From a virus (taxonomy: Duplodnaviria; Caudoviricetes), in the IMG/VR virus record IMGVR_UViG_3300020148_000032: a stretch of DNA of 64,000 nt. The stretch is one strand, 5' to 3'. A model generated the notes under the pieces. That model was not told where the DNA came from. It saw nothing but the letters and a program-made list of their open reading frames with translations, and made no database searches. Each line of letters opens with the position of its first letter. The stretch's first letter is position 1. The position numbers and the translations under genes were made by a program. Shown here piece after piece: positions 49,057 to 57,545 of the stretch.

Positions 49057-50055
49057 TTATATTGTTTTAATCACTAACTTTGGAGCGTCAGAGTTAAGAG
49101 TTAAATAATAAATGTGTTCATTTTCCTCTAACTCGTTAATCTTTGTAAGAGAAATAACAAATCCTAATCTTTCGAGAAGGTTGATATGGGCTCTATTAGA
49201 ACTCCAGCTACTGACAAGGAAGGACTTACCCTCATTTTCTTTAATAAGTTCTTTGTAAAGATTTAACCCAAAGCCTTCACGTCTGCGGTCTTTATTAACA
49301 GCAATAAAGTGAATTGCTACGTCAATCTTAGTTCTTCTTAAAGAAGTGTTAATTGGGTTTTCTTCATAGATGAGAACTCCAATTGGTTTCTCATCTTCAC
49401 AAACAATGAGGGAAGAGTATTCTTTTACATTTTCAAGAACTTTGAGAATTGAACCTCCGGCTCTTGCTTTTTCTTGTGTAAGTTTTAACCTCTTGTTAAT
49501 TGGTGGGTTGAAATCGTCATTATTTTCTTCAAGTAAACCAGCAATGAGATTAATAGTTTTCTCATCGTATTCTTTTGGAGAGACATGTTTGTAAGTAATT
49601 ATTTTTTCTGACAAATCGTTCACTTTTTCTTGCGTGTCCTTTATTGTAGTGTTATTAGATGTTTGTGAATATTTAGCAATGAGTACTCCTAACAAGTATC
49701 CTGGTAGAGTGCTTGAGAGTGCAATTCCTTGGAATATTAGAAATATTGCTAGAAGTGGAGATATTAGTGAAAATATTGGAGCTATTATAATAAATGTAAT
49801 GTATGGAAAAAATATTAACCCTAAACTTGCTTCCTTCCGCGCTTCTATGATTGTTGAGCCTAATAAAGCGGCTATTGCTGAGTATGCGAAGAATACGCAT
49901 AACATGAAAAGAAACCCGTCTTTAGAACCTAATGCAATAAGGGAAAATGTTTGTAGAAAAAAGGCTAGCGTTGTTACTATGTAGAGAGAAAAAGTTGCAA
50001 TCCATGCATGTGGAGTTTCTTTTACTTCAATTAGCCAATTTTTAATCTGTTCCAT
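49057..50055 (-). CDS. Multi-pass membrane domain fused to GNAT acetyltransferase
   Basis: ~4 TM helices then IAVNKDRRREGFG...N.AHINLLERLGF. Confidence 0.72.
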   Translation of the reverse strand: MEQIKNWLIEVKETPHAWIATFSLYIVTTLAFFLQTFSLIALGSKDGFLFMLCVFFAYSAIAALLGSTIIEARKEASLGLIFFPYITFIIIAPIFSLISPLLAIFLIFQGIALSSTLPGYLLGVLIAKYSQTSNNTTIKDTQEKVNDLSEKIITYKHVSPKEYDEKTINLIAGLLEENNDDFNPPINKRLKLTQEKARAGGSILKVLENVKEYSSLIVCEDEKPIGVLIYEENPINTSLRRTKIDVAIHFIAVNKDRRREGFGLNLYKELIKENEGKSFLVSSWSSNRAHINLLERLGFVISLTKINELEENEHIYYLTLNSDAPKLVIKTI

Positions 50056-50120
50056 AATAAGTACTCCTTTGTCATTTACGATAATGACAGTAAAAATAAT
50101 ATCAGATTATAACTTTCTTA

Positions 50121-50573
50121 TTACGAAAAATTTTTGTCAATGACAAGTATAGAATTTATTTTTCCAAGAGAAAGATAATCTAAAAGAACTCTATTCTCAT
50201 GAAGATTGACATTACGACAATCAAAAACAAAAACAGTTTTCTTATCATTAACAATTAAAGAATTGAGTTCTCTCATAGTTTCTTGAACATTTTTAAGATC
50301 TTTAAGAACTGTTGTGTAGCCAGAACTTTCAAGAGAATTTACTAAACTTTTTAAAGACTCTCTCTTACTCTTTAATGAAAGAACCTGGTGATGTTCCCCT
50401 AACGCTTCAACTTCTGTTCGATGATACTGGCCGCCCGAAAGAAGAGGGTGCAAAATATCTTTTACAAGTAAAAAGTTTCTAAGATTATTGTCTTCAGGGT
50501 AGAATACTTCAGAAATGTCTACGCGAGGGTTCGTAACAGTTTGTCGAGAGAAAAAAGAGAGAATGTTTCTCAT
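50121..50573 (-). CDS. Hypothetical protein
   Basis: AAGGAG RBS. Confidence 0.55.
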   Translation of the reverse strand: MRNILSFFSRQTVTNPRVDISEVFYPEDNNLRNFLLVKDILHPLLSGGQYHRTEVEALGEHHQVLSLKSKRESLKSLVNSLESSGYTTVLKDLKNVQETMRELNSLIVNDKKTVFVFDCRNVNLHENRVLLDYLSLGKINSILVIDKNFS

Positions 50574-50684
50574 AAGAGGCTCCTTACATTTAAGAAAAAT
50601 ATCAAATATTATTTAATTCTTAGTTTGATTTCTTAGAGTTCTCGTGTATAATTTTCTTATTACATACTACGAACGGAGTTCATC

Positions 50685-51428
50685 ATGAAGGTCTTGAAGC
50701 GAATCCTCATCATGTTCGCTCTTGGTGTTGTCATCTTCAATATCCTAATCTTCATGATTGCGTCCTCTCACACTTCATACAAGGCTCCGACTTCTAATGA
50801 TCGTGTTATCAATCAGATCGAAGACTTTCAGAATTCTGATGAATATATTGCTGCCACTGATGCGGTGAACGAGTTCATCGACTCTCTTGAATCTATTATT
50901 CCTCAGGATAACGTTTCTGAAGCTCCCTCGATTAACTTGGTTGACGAAACTCACGAGGGTTACACTCGTGGTGCGTTTGGAGATTCTTGGGTTGATGTTG
51001 ACAACAACTCTTGCTCTACCCGAGATGATGTTCTTCAGCGTGATTTGACTAACATTATTCTTGATGGAAATTGTAAGGTTGTTGAAGGCGATCTCGTTGA
51101 CCCGTATTCTGGAGTAAACCTTCACCACATTTACGGTGAGTCCTCCATTGATATTGACCACATTGTTCCTCTCGCCTACGCTTGGGACCACGGAGCATAT
51201 GCATGGTCTGATGCAGAGCGGATTGCATTCGCTAACGATATGGAGAACCTCCTTGCTGTTTCGGCTTCCGAGAACCGATCGAAGGGCGCGAGCGGTCCTA
51301 GCGAGTACATGCCTTCGAATAATGACTACAAGTGCCAGTACGCAACTAATTTTCTCAACATTGTGACGAAGTACTCTCTCACCATGACCCAGGATGATTA
51401 CAATGTTGCTCAGTCCGCATGTTCGTAA
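50685..51428 (+). CDS. Exported HNH endonuclease (DUF1524/GmrSD C-terminal-like)
   Basis: N-terminal anchor; YTRGAFG..W.D.D.N.C.TR, DPYSG, IDIDHIVPL, FAND..NLLAV...NRSKG. Confidence 0.85.
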   Translation: MKVLKRILIMFALGVVIFNILIFMIASSHTSYKAPTSNDRVINQIEDFQNSDEYIAATDAVNEFIDSLESIIPQDNVSEAPSINLVDETHEGYTRGAFGDSWVDVDNNSCSTRDDVLQRDLTNIILDGNCKVVEGDLVDPYSGVNLHHIYGESSIDIDHIVPLAYAWDHGAYAWSDAERIAFANDMENLLAVSASENRSKGASGPSEYMPSNNDYKCQYATNFLNIVTKYSLTMTQDDYNVAQSACS

Positions 51429-51441
51429 GGTTTAAAAAGAA

Positions 51442-51804
51442 TTGAATAAGAAAATTTCCCTTCTTCTTCTTAGTTCTTTATCATTTGTCTTTTTTATCTC
51501 TACCCTCAACATGACACATGAGTCAGAAATCCTTTACAAGGAGAGTTCGTACTCTTTCTTTAAAGTTTATGGAACTTCTTCTCGCTGGGCCTACCTTTCT
51601 CAAGATACTTTAGATTATGTAACATGCGAGAGAGAAGAAAACGTATACGAGTGTGTCTCTTCTGATTGGGTTTTTTCATACCAAGCGGACCATGATGGGA
51701 ATAATATTAAGGCACCTGTCCTCACTGGTCCCGAAGGGATGAAATGTGGGGCAAGAAATAATGCGGATAGTATTGATTTCATCTGCTTAACTCCTGTAGA
51801 TTAG
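51442..51804 (+). CDS. Exported hypothetical protein
   Basis: Signal-peptide-like N-terminus. Confidence 0.5.
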   Translation: MNKKISLLLLSSLSFVFFISTLNMTHESEILYKESSYSFFKVYGTSSRWAYLSQDTLDYVTCEREENVYECVSSDWVFSYQADHDGNNIKAPVLTGPEGMKCGARNNADSIDFICLTPVD

Positions 51805-52006
51805 GAGCTAAGAGGACTTTACGGTAAAAGTGAATCAATATACACTAAGGGCGGGGAGCCTTTTAAACTGAGATTTCTCGCCCTTAAATGTTCTTAAAGA
51901 AGCCCGTCGCGCACTTTAACCGAATGATCGAATTAATAGTGTATGATTTGAGTTCTTCATTAGAGTCAGAAATTTTTACTCCTGAATCATAAATAATCGA
52001 GTTTCT

Positions 52007-53293
52007 TTAATCTTTTACGTAGCCTTCTACAGCTTTTGGACGTTGACCTTTAGGAGCTTCGCGTAATCTTTCAGCGAAACCATAAAGAGCTTTAAATGTC
52101 ATAATGGCGTCAGGCAAAGCGCTGTGCGCGTCCTCATAAGGAATACCATTTGCTTCACTGAAGCTCTCTAATCTGTTATTCTTACCCTCATCAAAAAGAA
52201 TGGTTGAAATAACACGAGTATCACTCCAGGAAACAATAGGTGACATTTCATTCTTGTGGCGTGAAGAAATATTCAAACCAGAAAAGACTTCACTCTTTTG
52301 CCAGAAACCATTGAGGTGTTGTGAGAGGTAGGACTTTTCAAAAGCATCATTATGTGCAACGTTGATGGAATCTGGATCATTAAGGAATTTCCCCACAGTT
52401 TCTTGAACTTTAGGGTCATTGAATTTTCTTTTCCCTACTACGTCTTGAGGTCTAATTTTGTGAACTGCGGTGGCTCCCACTCCGATAACATCTCTTACTT
52501 CAGAATTATTAATGTCAAATCTTTCTTCATATTCTTCAAGAATTTCTCCGCTAGGTGAAACCTTGACGATACCGATCTCAATAATTTCGCCCATGTTAGG
52601 GTCAAGTGATGTTGTTTCAAGGTCAACGAATACTCTATTCTTTTTCCAAGTAGTGGGTCCACCTTGTTGGAATAATGAAACAATGTATTCATCTTTAGTC
52701 ATTCCAGATTCTTCGTTATAATTGTAATAGAGTTCTTCAGCATCTTTACGAGAAATCTCATTCCAAGAAGCTAATTGATTAATGGTAGCGTCTTCCATTT
52801 CTGGGCTAATTTCTTCATTAAAATTCACATTAAGACGCATTGTTGCTCTATAAGCCTTTTGTGCTCTCTTGCTAGCATAAGTTTTTGGAGGGCTTGGATA
52901 TTTATCATCAGCATCAAGTAAACCCATTTCTTTAGCATAGTGTCGCGCGAGCCTCATATTGTGATAATCAACTCTTTGCTTTTCATAGATTTCTCTTAAT
53001 TCATCATGAAGATCATCAATGACTTGAGGGTCAACCATACCTAGAAGAGCAGACACTTTTAATTCTTCAAGTTGGTTCTCACGAGGGTCAGAATCATTTG
53101 CTACAGATGTTTCAAATGCGTCTCTATACTTCTCAATATTGTCAAGAATCGTTTTCGCTTTTTCAGAGTATTTGTTTTGCGCCTCTTCCTTACTAGAGTA
53201 ATGATCTGTTTCTAAATCTCCAAAAGGGCATGTTTTCTTAGCGCGACAAATACCTGGGTTACCCGTTTTAGGGTTAATGTGAAATCTTTTCAT
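52007..53293 (-). CDS. HCCH-tagged DEDDh 3'-5' exonuclease (DnaQ-like)
   Basis: Tag FHINPKTGNPGICRAKKTCPFGDLETDHY; VDLETT, AHNDAFE, HSALPDA; motif 53350-53358. Confidence 0.85.
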   Translation of the reverse strand: MKRFHINPKTGNPGICRAKKTCPFGDLETDHYSSKEEAQNKYSEKAKTILDNIEKYRDAFETSVANDSDPRENQLEELKVSALLGMVDPQVIDDLHDELREIYEKQRVDYHNMRLARHYAKEMGLLDADDKYPSPPKTYASKRAQKAYRATMRLNVNFNEEISPEMEDATINQLASWNEISRKDAEELYYNYNEESGMTKDEYIVSLFQQGGPTTWKKNRVFVDLETTSLDPNMGEIIEIGIVKVSPSGEILEEYEERFDINNSEVRDVIGVGATAVHKIRPQDVVGKRKFNDPKVQETVGKFLNDPDSINVAHNDAFEKSYLSQHLNGFWQKSEVFSGLNISSRHKNEMSPIVSWSDTRVISTILFDEGKNNRLESFSEANGIPYEDAHSALPDAIMTFKALYGFAERLREAPKGQRPKAVEGYVKD

Positions 53294-53363
53294 GAAAGTT
53301 AAACTCCAATAAGCGAATTTGAATAATATCGTGATTGTGTAATGAATCCTTTTCTAAAGAGAA

Positions 53364-53401
53364 ACTTTAAAAGCTCCACATTTCTGCGGAGCTTTTAAAG
53401 T
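53364..53401. terminator. Intrinsic terminator
   Basis: actttaaaagctcc...ggagcttttaaagt. Confidence 0.75.
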
Positions 53402-53411
53402 GACCTGGGAG

Positions 53412-53837
53412 TCAGAGGAGAGTATCCTTTGAAAGATCCTTAATAACTTCAGGATCATATACCTTCGAAACCTCGCCCGAGGCTTCGAAAACTAGACGGC
53501 TAGCGTAAAGTCGCTTTGACTTCTTTGCCTGCGCCACCTCGAAAAATGTGTCTCCTACCTGGTGCATTCCGATGAGTGACTTGTCACCTTCGGAAGGGAC
53601 AACACCCTCCTTGAGGGGGAAAGTGTTCAAGCGAGAAATGAAGATACTTGCAACAGCTGCATCGAAACGATTAGCCGTCCAGATTGCTCGCATGGTATCA
53701 ACAAACAGTTCGGGAACCTGACGCTCACGAATGAGAGTAGTAATGAACGCTTCTTGATTAGGAGTCACGGGTGTAAGCTTTCGTGCCTCGGTGTTAGCAA
53801 TTTGAGAAACGGTAGTCATGTTAATCCTTAGGTTCAA
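53412..53837 (-). CDS. Hypothetical phage protein
   Basis: TPNQEAFITTL; TTGACT-17-TAGAAT promoter at 53847-53875. Confidence 0.6.
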   Translation of the reverse strand: MNLRINMTTVSQIANTEARKLTPVTPNQEAFITTLIRERQVPELFVDTMRAIWTANRFDAAVASIFISRLNTFPLKEGVVPSEGDKSLIGMHQVGDTFFEVAQAKKSKRLYASRLVFEASGEVSKVYDPEVIKDLSKDTLL

Positions 53838-53878
53838 GTTAAGATTATTCTATATTTGATTTTTCTAAAAGTCAATAT

Positions 53879-54331
53879 TTAGAAAGTCCAAATTTCGATA
53901 GTGATTTCTGGGTAATGCTCGGCCTGAGTATCAATAATATTACGCACCAAGTCCCAATCAAGACCACCAATTCCCGCTCCAATGCGGGGGAGTGCAAGAG
54001 AGACGATTCCATTCTCACGCAAATAGGCGAGAGTGTTTGCAAGAGAGCTGTCAAGCCACTGGTAACTTGCATTGGGACCTGGGAGATCCTGTGTTGCCAT
54101 GTTCATGATAAGGGTTCCGTCAGAAGCCATGACGGGAAGAACCGTACCGGGGGTAAGAAGCCCTTCATCACAAGCCTTCTTGTAAGGTGCAAAGACTTCT
54201 GGATAAAGAGAGCGAAGGGTCTTAGCAATTCCTCTTCCCATTACTCCCTTTACATTGACTCCATGCCCGTAAGCTTCAGCGTGTGAGGTGAAAAGATCAC
54301 CATTCTTCTCAATAATGTTTGTAGGTGACAT
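53879..54331 (-). CDS. Macro domain (ADP-ribose hydrolase, Poa1p/DarG-like)
   Basis: GDLF, HGVNVKGVMGRGIA, LPRIGAGIGGLDW; TTGACA-17-TAGAAT at 54357-54385. Confidence 0.88.
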   Translation of the reverse strand: MSPTNIIEKNGDLFTSHAEAYGHGVNVKGVMGRGIAKTLRSLYPEVFAPYKKACDEGLLTPGTVLPVMASDGTLIMNMATQDLPGPNASYQWLDSSLANTLAYLRENGIVSLALPRIGAGIGGLDWDLVRNIIDTQAEHYPEITIEIWTF

Positions 54332-54503
54332 GATACTCTCCTTAAAGTATATTTTCATTCTATCATTATGTGAGAAGAATGTCAATTAGTCGTGTCAATA
54401 CTTTCACAATCATAGTAATCAGTAGCCGTATTGTCACTCTTTATACACATGAGTGAGTTTTCTCTGTTTGGTACTTTTATGTATTGAAGATAGAAAACGC
54501 GAA

Positions 54504-55382
54504 TTAGTGTCGTGCCGTTATAGCCATTGAAACAACTTTAATCATTTCCCCTAATGCTTCGTAAGAGCTACTTTCGAGATCTTCCTGAGCTTTCAAGTTC
54601 TCTAAACGTTCTTTTTCGACCTCTAGATCTTCAATGTCATATGTGGAAATTCTCTCTACTAACTCTTCAGCGTTGCGTGGATTTCCATAATATTTAGGGA
54701 GGGGTTTTAGCTCTTTAGCGTATCCAGCTATTTGAATAAGTGAGTAATATTCTTCAACTACTTCTGACCATCCAGATTCGCTACAGCGATCATATGCTGA
54801 CAAGAAAATAAGATTCTTTGTTTCTTCTGATAGTCCACGATTAGCATTTGGGAATGATTCTTCAAGAACTTTTTGACCATCATTTTGATTCATCTTGGGT
54901 TGCTTTCGGAATGCGTAGAATGCTCCTGTTAAGCCATGACTCTTTGTTTCATCAGTATCTATTGATTCTAAAGAATGAGTTCTTACTGATTCAATAATCT
55001 TTGCATAGGGAATCATCTCTGTTAGCAAGATTTGTGGCGATGAAACTCCTGCTTTGTTAATTGCTTCCCTGTAAATAATCTTGCAGAGTTCATCATCTAC
55101 ATCACTGAGAGAGTATGGGAAAGCTTCTTTAATAATTTGAGGAAAGTTGTCTTCTCTAATATTTTTCTTACCTTCGAGTTTGTCCATAGTTTTATAGAAT
55201 GGGATATCTGTTTCTGTTTTACGCGAAAGGGTGGGTAAACCATGTAATTGCGAGAGGGTTTCTTCGATTGCTTTAATGGCTTCTTCTTTAGAGTCATAAT
55301 GTGTTGAATGTATGGGACATTCTTTCTTTTCAGCATTGCAAACTCTCGGAAACCCGTCAGCTGGTGAGATATGATAGCGCAT
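54504..55382 (-). CDS. HCCH-tagged protein with internally duplicated ~55-aa helical domain
   Basis: MRYHISPADGFPRVCNAEKKECPIHSTHYDSKEEA after GAGGAG RBS. Confidence 0.75.
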   Translation of the reverse strand: MRYHISPADGFPRVCNAEKKECPIHSTHYDSKEEAIKAIEETLSQLHGLPTLSRKTETDIPFYKTMDKLEGKKNIREDNFPQIIKEAFPYSLSDVDDELCKIIYREAINKAGVSSPQILLTEMIPYAKIIESVRTHSLESIDTDETKSHGLTGAFYAFRKQPKMNQNDGQKVLEESFPNANRGLSEETKNLIFLSAYDRCSESGWSEVVEEYYSLIQIAGYAKELKPLPKYYGNPRNAEELVERISTYDIEDLEVEKERLENLKAQEDLESSSYEALGEMIKVVSMAITARH

Positions 55383-55602
55383 AGTGTTCTCCTCTACAAA
55401 AAGCGATAGAAACCTATTAAACTTTAACAAGCCCTTTTAGGTTTCTATTGCCTTTTAATAAAAATCTTTAATTGTGTATTATTTGGAGTAAGATTTTTTG
55501 TTATTTAATGTGTAACTTCATTAACATGTTAAGAACAAGTCTGTTCCCTTAAAGTGTTAATTTTGATGAAGATGACAATTTACATTAAATCAATTTTAAT
55601 GT

Positions 55603-55773
55603 TTATCGACCGATTTCCTCGAAATCGTAGTCGTCCCCGCTGAAGTCCAGGTCGCGGGGGTCAATTCCGCGAATGTTGTTCAGGGTTCGCTCAACGTTCC
55701 GATTGTCGCGGCGCTCGGCGCGGTCGGTAATCTTTTCGTAGCGTTCGTATTCGTATCGGATAGTGCGGGCCAT
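55603..55773 (-). CDS. Small GC-rich early protein (56 aa; absent from ORF track)
   Basis: MARTIRYEYERYEKITDRAERRDNRNVERTLNNIRGIDPRDLDFSGDDYDFEEIGR; AAAGGT RBS; TTGACA-17-TATAGT at 55834-55862. Confidence 0.7.
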   Translation of the reverse strand: MARTIRYEYERYEKITDRAERRDNRNVERTLNNIRGIDPRDLDFSGDDYDFEEIGR

Positions 55774-56019
55774 GGTGGTTACCTTTAATACCTTTCATAG
55801 GGGACACATTCATTTGAGTGTGTCAACAGTTTAACTATACAATGTAAGTTTTTGAGTGTCAACCTCTATTTTGATCTTCAAAATGTTTTTATTGTCAGGA
55901 TTGTATTATTCATATGAAAGTTCAAAATTAATGCATAGAGTTATATTCAACATTAAAACGAATAAAGTAGTGATGAAAAGAATAAAAAGTACGATTCTGC
56001 CGCGACCGCATTGCGGGGA

Positions 56020-56163
56020 CTAGTTGGACTGTTTGGCTCGGTTGCCGCGCCTCGACTTCTTGGGCGCCGTCGTCTTCGTTGCAAGCATATTGAGCAGCTG
56101 CTTTCGCTCGGCAGAGGTGGTGCTTGTCCGCTCGACACCGTAACTAAGTTCTTTGATACCCAT
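56020..56163 (-). CDS. Small basic GC-rich protein (47 aa; absent from ORF track)
   Basis: MGIKELSYGVERTSTTSAERKQLLNMLATKTTAPKKSRRGNRAKQSN; GGGGAGG RBS. Confidence 0.55.
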   Translation of the reverse strand: MGIKELSYGVERTSTTSAERKQLLNMLATKTTAPKKSRRGNRAKQSN

Positions 56164-56186
56164 AGCTCTTGCCTCCCCCTTTCTTT

Positions 56187-56600
56187 TTATAACTCTACAG
56201 GTTTATCCTGTCCGGATTGTTCTAAATGCATCCTCTGATTAAACAAAAAATGCTTACTTGGCTTTCCGCTAATAATGGCAAAATAAGAATCATTATCTTT
56301 TGGAGAAAAATCTTCAATTACTATATCTAGATCCTGAGCAATCTGATTTATCTCAAAGAGAGAATATAGATTACTTACATCATATTTTACTCTTGTTTTC
56401 TCAAACATTTTCATTCTATTATAAACTTCGACTTCTTTCGGGTTCTTATCGAATTCTTCATGCTCAAGATCAAAAACAATCGAAACCTCTATATAATTTT
56501 TATGCTGTTTGAAAAAATATTTATAATCTAAACTATGTAAATAATTCCGTACTTCTTCGTATTTACTTCTAGAAATTTCAAATAAAACGAGTGCTTTCAT
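56187..56600 (-). CDS. Hypothetical protein
   Basis: GAGGG RBS, TGATATTT upstream. Confidence 0.55.
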   Translation of the reverse strand: MKALVLFEISRSKYEEVRNYLHSLDYKYFFKQHKNYIEVSIVFDLEHEEFDKNPKEVEVYNRMKMFEKTRVKYDVSNLYSLFEINQIAQDLDIVIEDFSPKDNDSYFAIISGKPSKHFLFNQRMHLEQSGQDKPVEL

Positions 56601-56641
56601 ATTCCCTCTTTACATTTTAGGTATATATGAAAATATCATTA

Positions 56642-56998
56642 TTAACAATAAACGGAGAAAACCTCATCAGCATCTTCGCTAAGGCTTGAAGTCTTCAATT
56701 CATTACGATACTCTTCAAGAGTGTCAAGTCCAAAGAACTCCTCAATATCTTCAGTAAAATGAAGAGCGACTCGGAACCCAAGCTTATCAGTCCAAAAATT
56801 TACAAGTTCATCTTCGGAGAAAATACCATTCACATCAAGGTATTCGTCAGTTCCAATTCGAACTACAACGTGATACCACTGTTGTGGGTCCTGAGGGAGC
56901 GAAATAACACACACTTCAAAATCATGCTTGAAAGAGAGAGCAAGTGCTAGATTATGACAATTACCGTTCGAGTAATAGTCAATTACATCTTCATCCAT
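56642..56998 (-). CDS. Papain/transglutaminase-like Cys-His-Asp protein
   Basis: GNCHNLALAL, WYHVVV, YLDVNG; TTGACT-17-TAGAAT at 57027-57055. Confidence 0.55.
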   Translation of the reverse strand: MDEDVIDYYSNGNCHNLALALSFKHDFEVCVISLPQDPQQWYHVVVRIGTDEYLDVNGIFSEDELVNFWTDKLGFRVALHFTEDIEEFFGLDTLEEYRNELKTSSLSEDADEVFSVYC

Positions 56999-57051
56999 TA
57001 GGTGCTCCTTTATATGAAATCAGTTGATTCTATCATGGAGCATTAAAGAAG

Positions 57052-57462
57052 TCAATAAGTGAAAGGCCAGATACCGTTTGCCCACATATAACCTAGAATA
57101 TGATAAGAGGCCAGCAAAGTAAATACTACGCTTACAATATAAAGACCTTTAACCGCCCAAGCTCTAGCCCTTACTTGTTTCAATCGGCGAGAGCACTCCC
57201 ATAAAGCCCAAAGTAGAAAAACTCCCCAAAGAGTTCTAACAATCATAGCTCCTTCGAATCCTATGAATTGTTGGAAGAAATTCCATGTACCGTTCATCTC
57301 AAAGGCAACATCACTATGAGAGATACTGTACCAGCTTGCTAAACTATCAAAGAGGGTCGTGATAACAGCAATAATTCCTGAAATTGTAGCAGTTTTTGGA
57401 ATCGATAGAGGTTCTTTGTAAAAAGAGTTTTTCTGAATTGGGAAGGAGTTTATGACACTCAT
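57052..57462 (-). CDS. Membrane protein
   Basis: Three hydrophobic helices. Confidence 0.6.
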   Translation of the reverse strand: MSVINSFPIQKNSFYKEPLSIPKTATISGIIAVITTLFDSLASWYSISHSDVAFEMNGTWNFFQQFIGFEGAMIVRTLWGVFLLWALWECSRRLKQVRARAWAVKGLYIVSVVFTLLASYHILGYMWANGIWPFTY

Positions 57463-57545
57463 TTTTTATCATTTCTATTTGAAGGGCAGAAACAATATCG
57501 GTATTTTTTCGATAAAATATAATATTAGCACTTTAAGGACCCACA

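Noticed and set aside
1-55382. HCCH module as IS/MITE, intein, CRISPR repeat or DGR repeat
   Set aside because: Conservation is at protein level with divergent codons; there are no terminal repeats, splicing residues, regular spacing, transposase, cas or reverse transcriptase genes.
55990-56170. GC-rich stretch considered as tmRNA or structured RNA
   Set aside because: No tRNA-like ends or ALAA-type tag; a 47-aa ORF with a strong RBS explains it.
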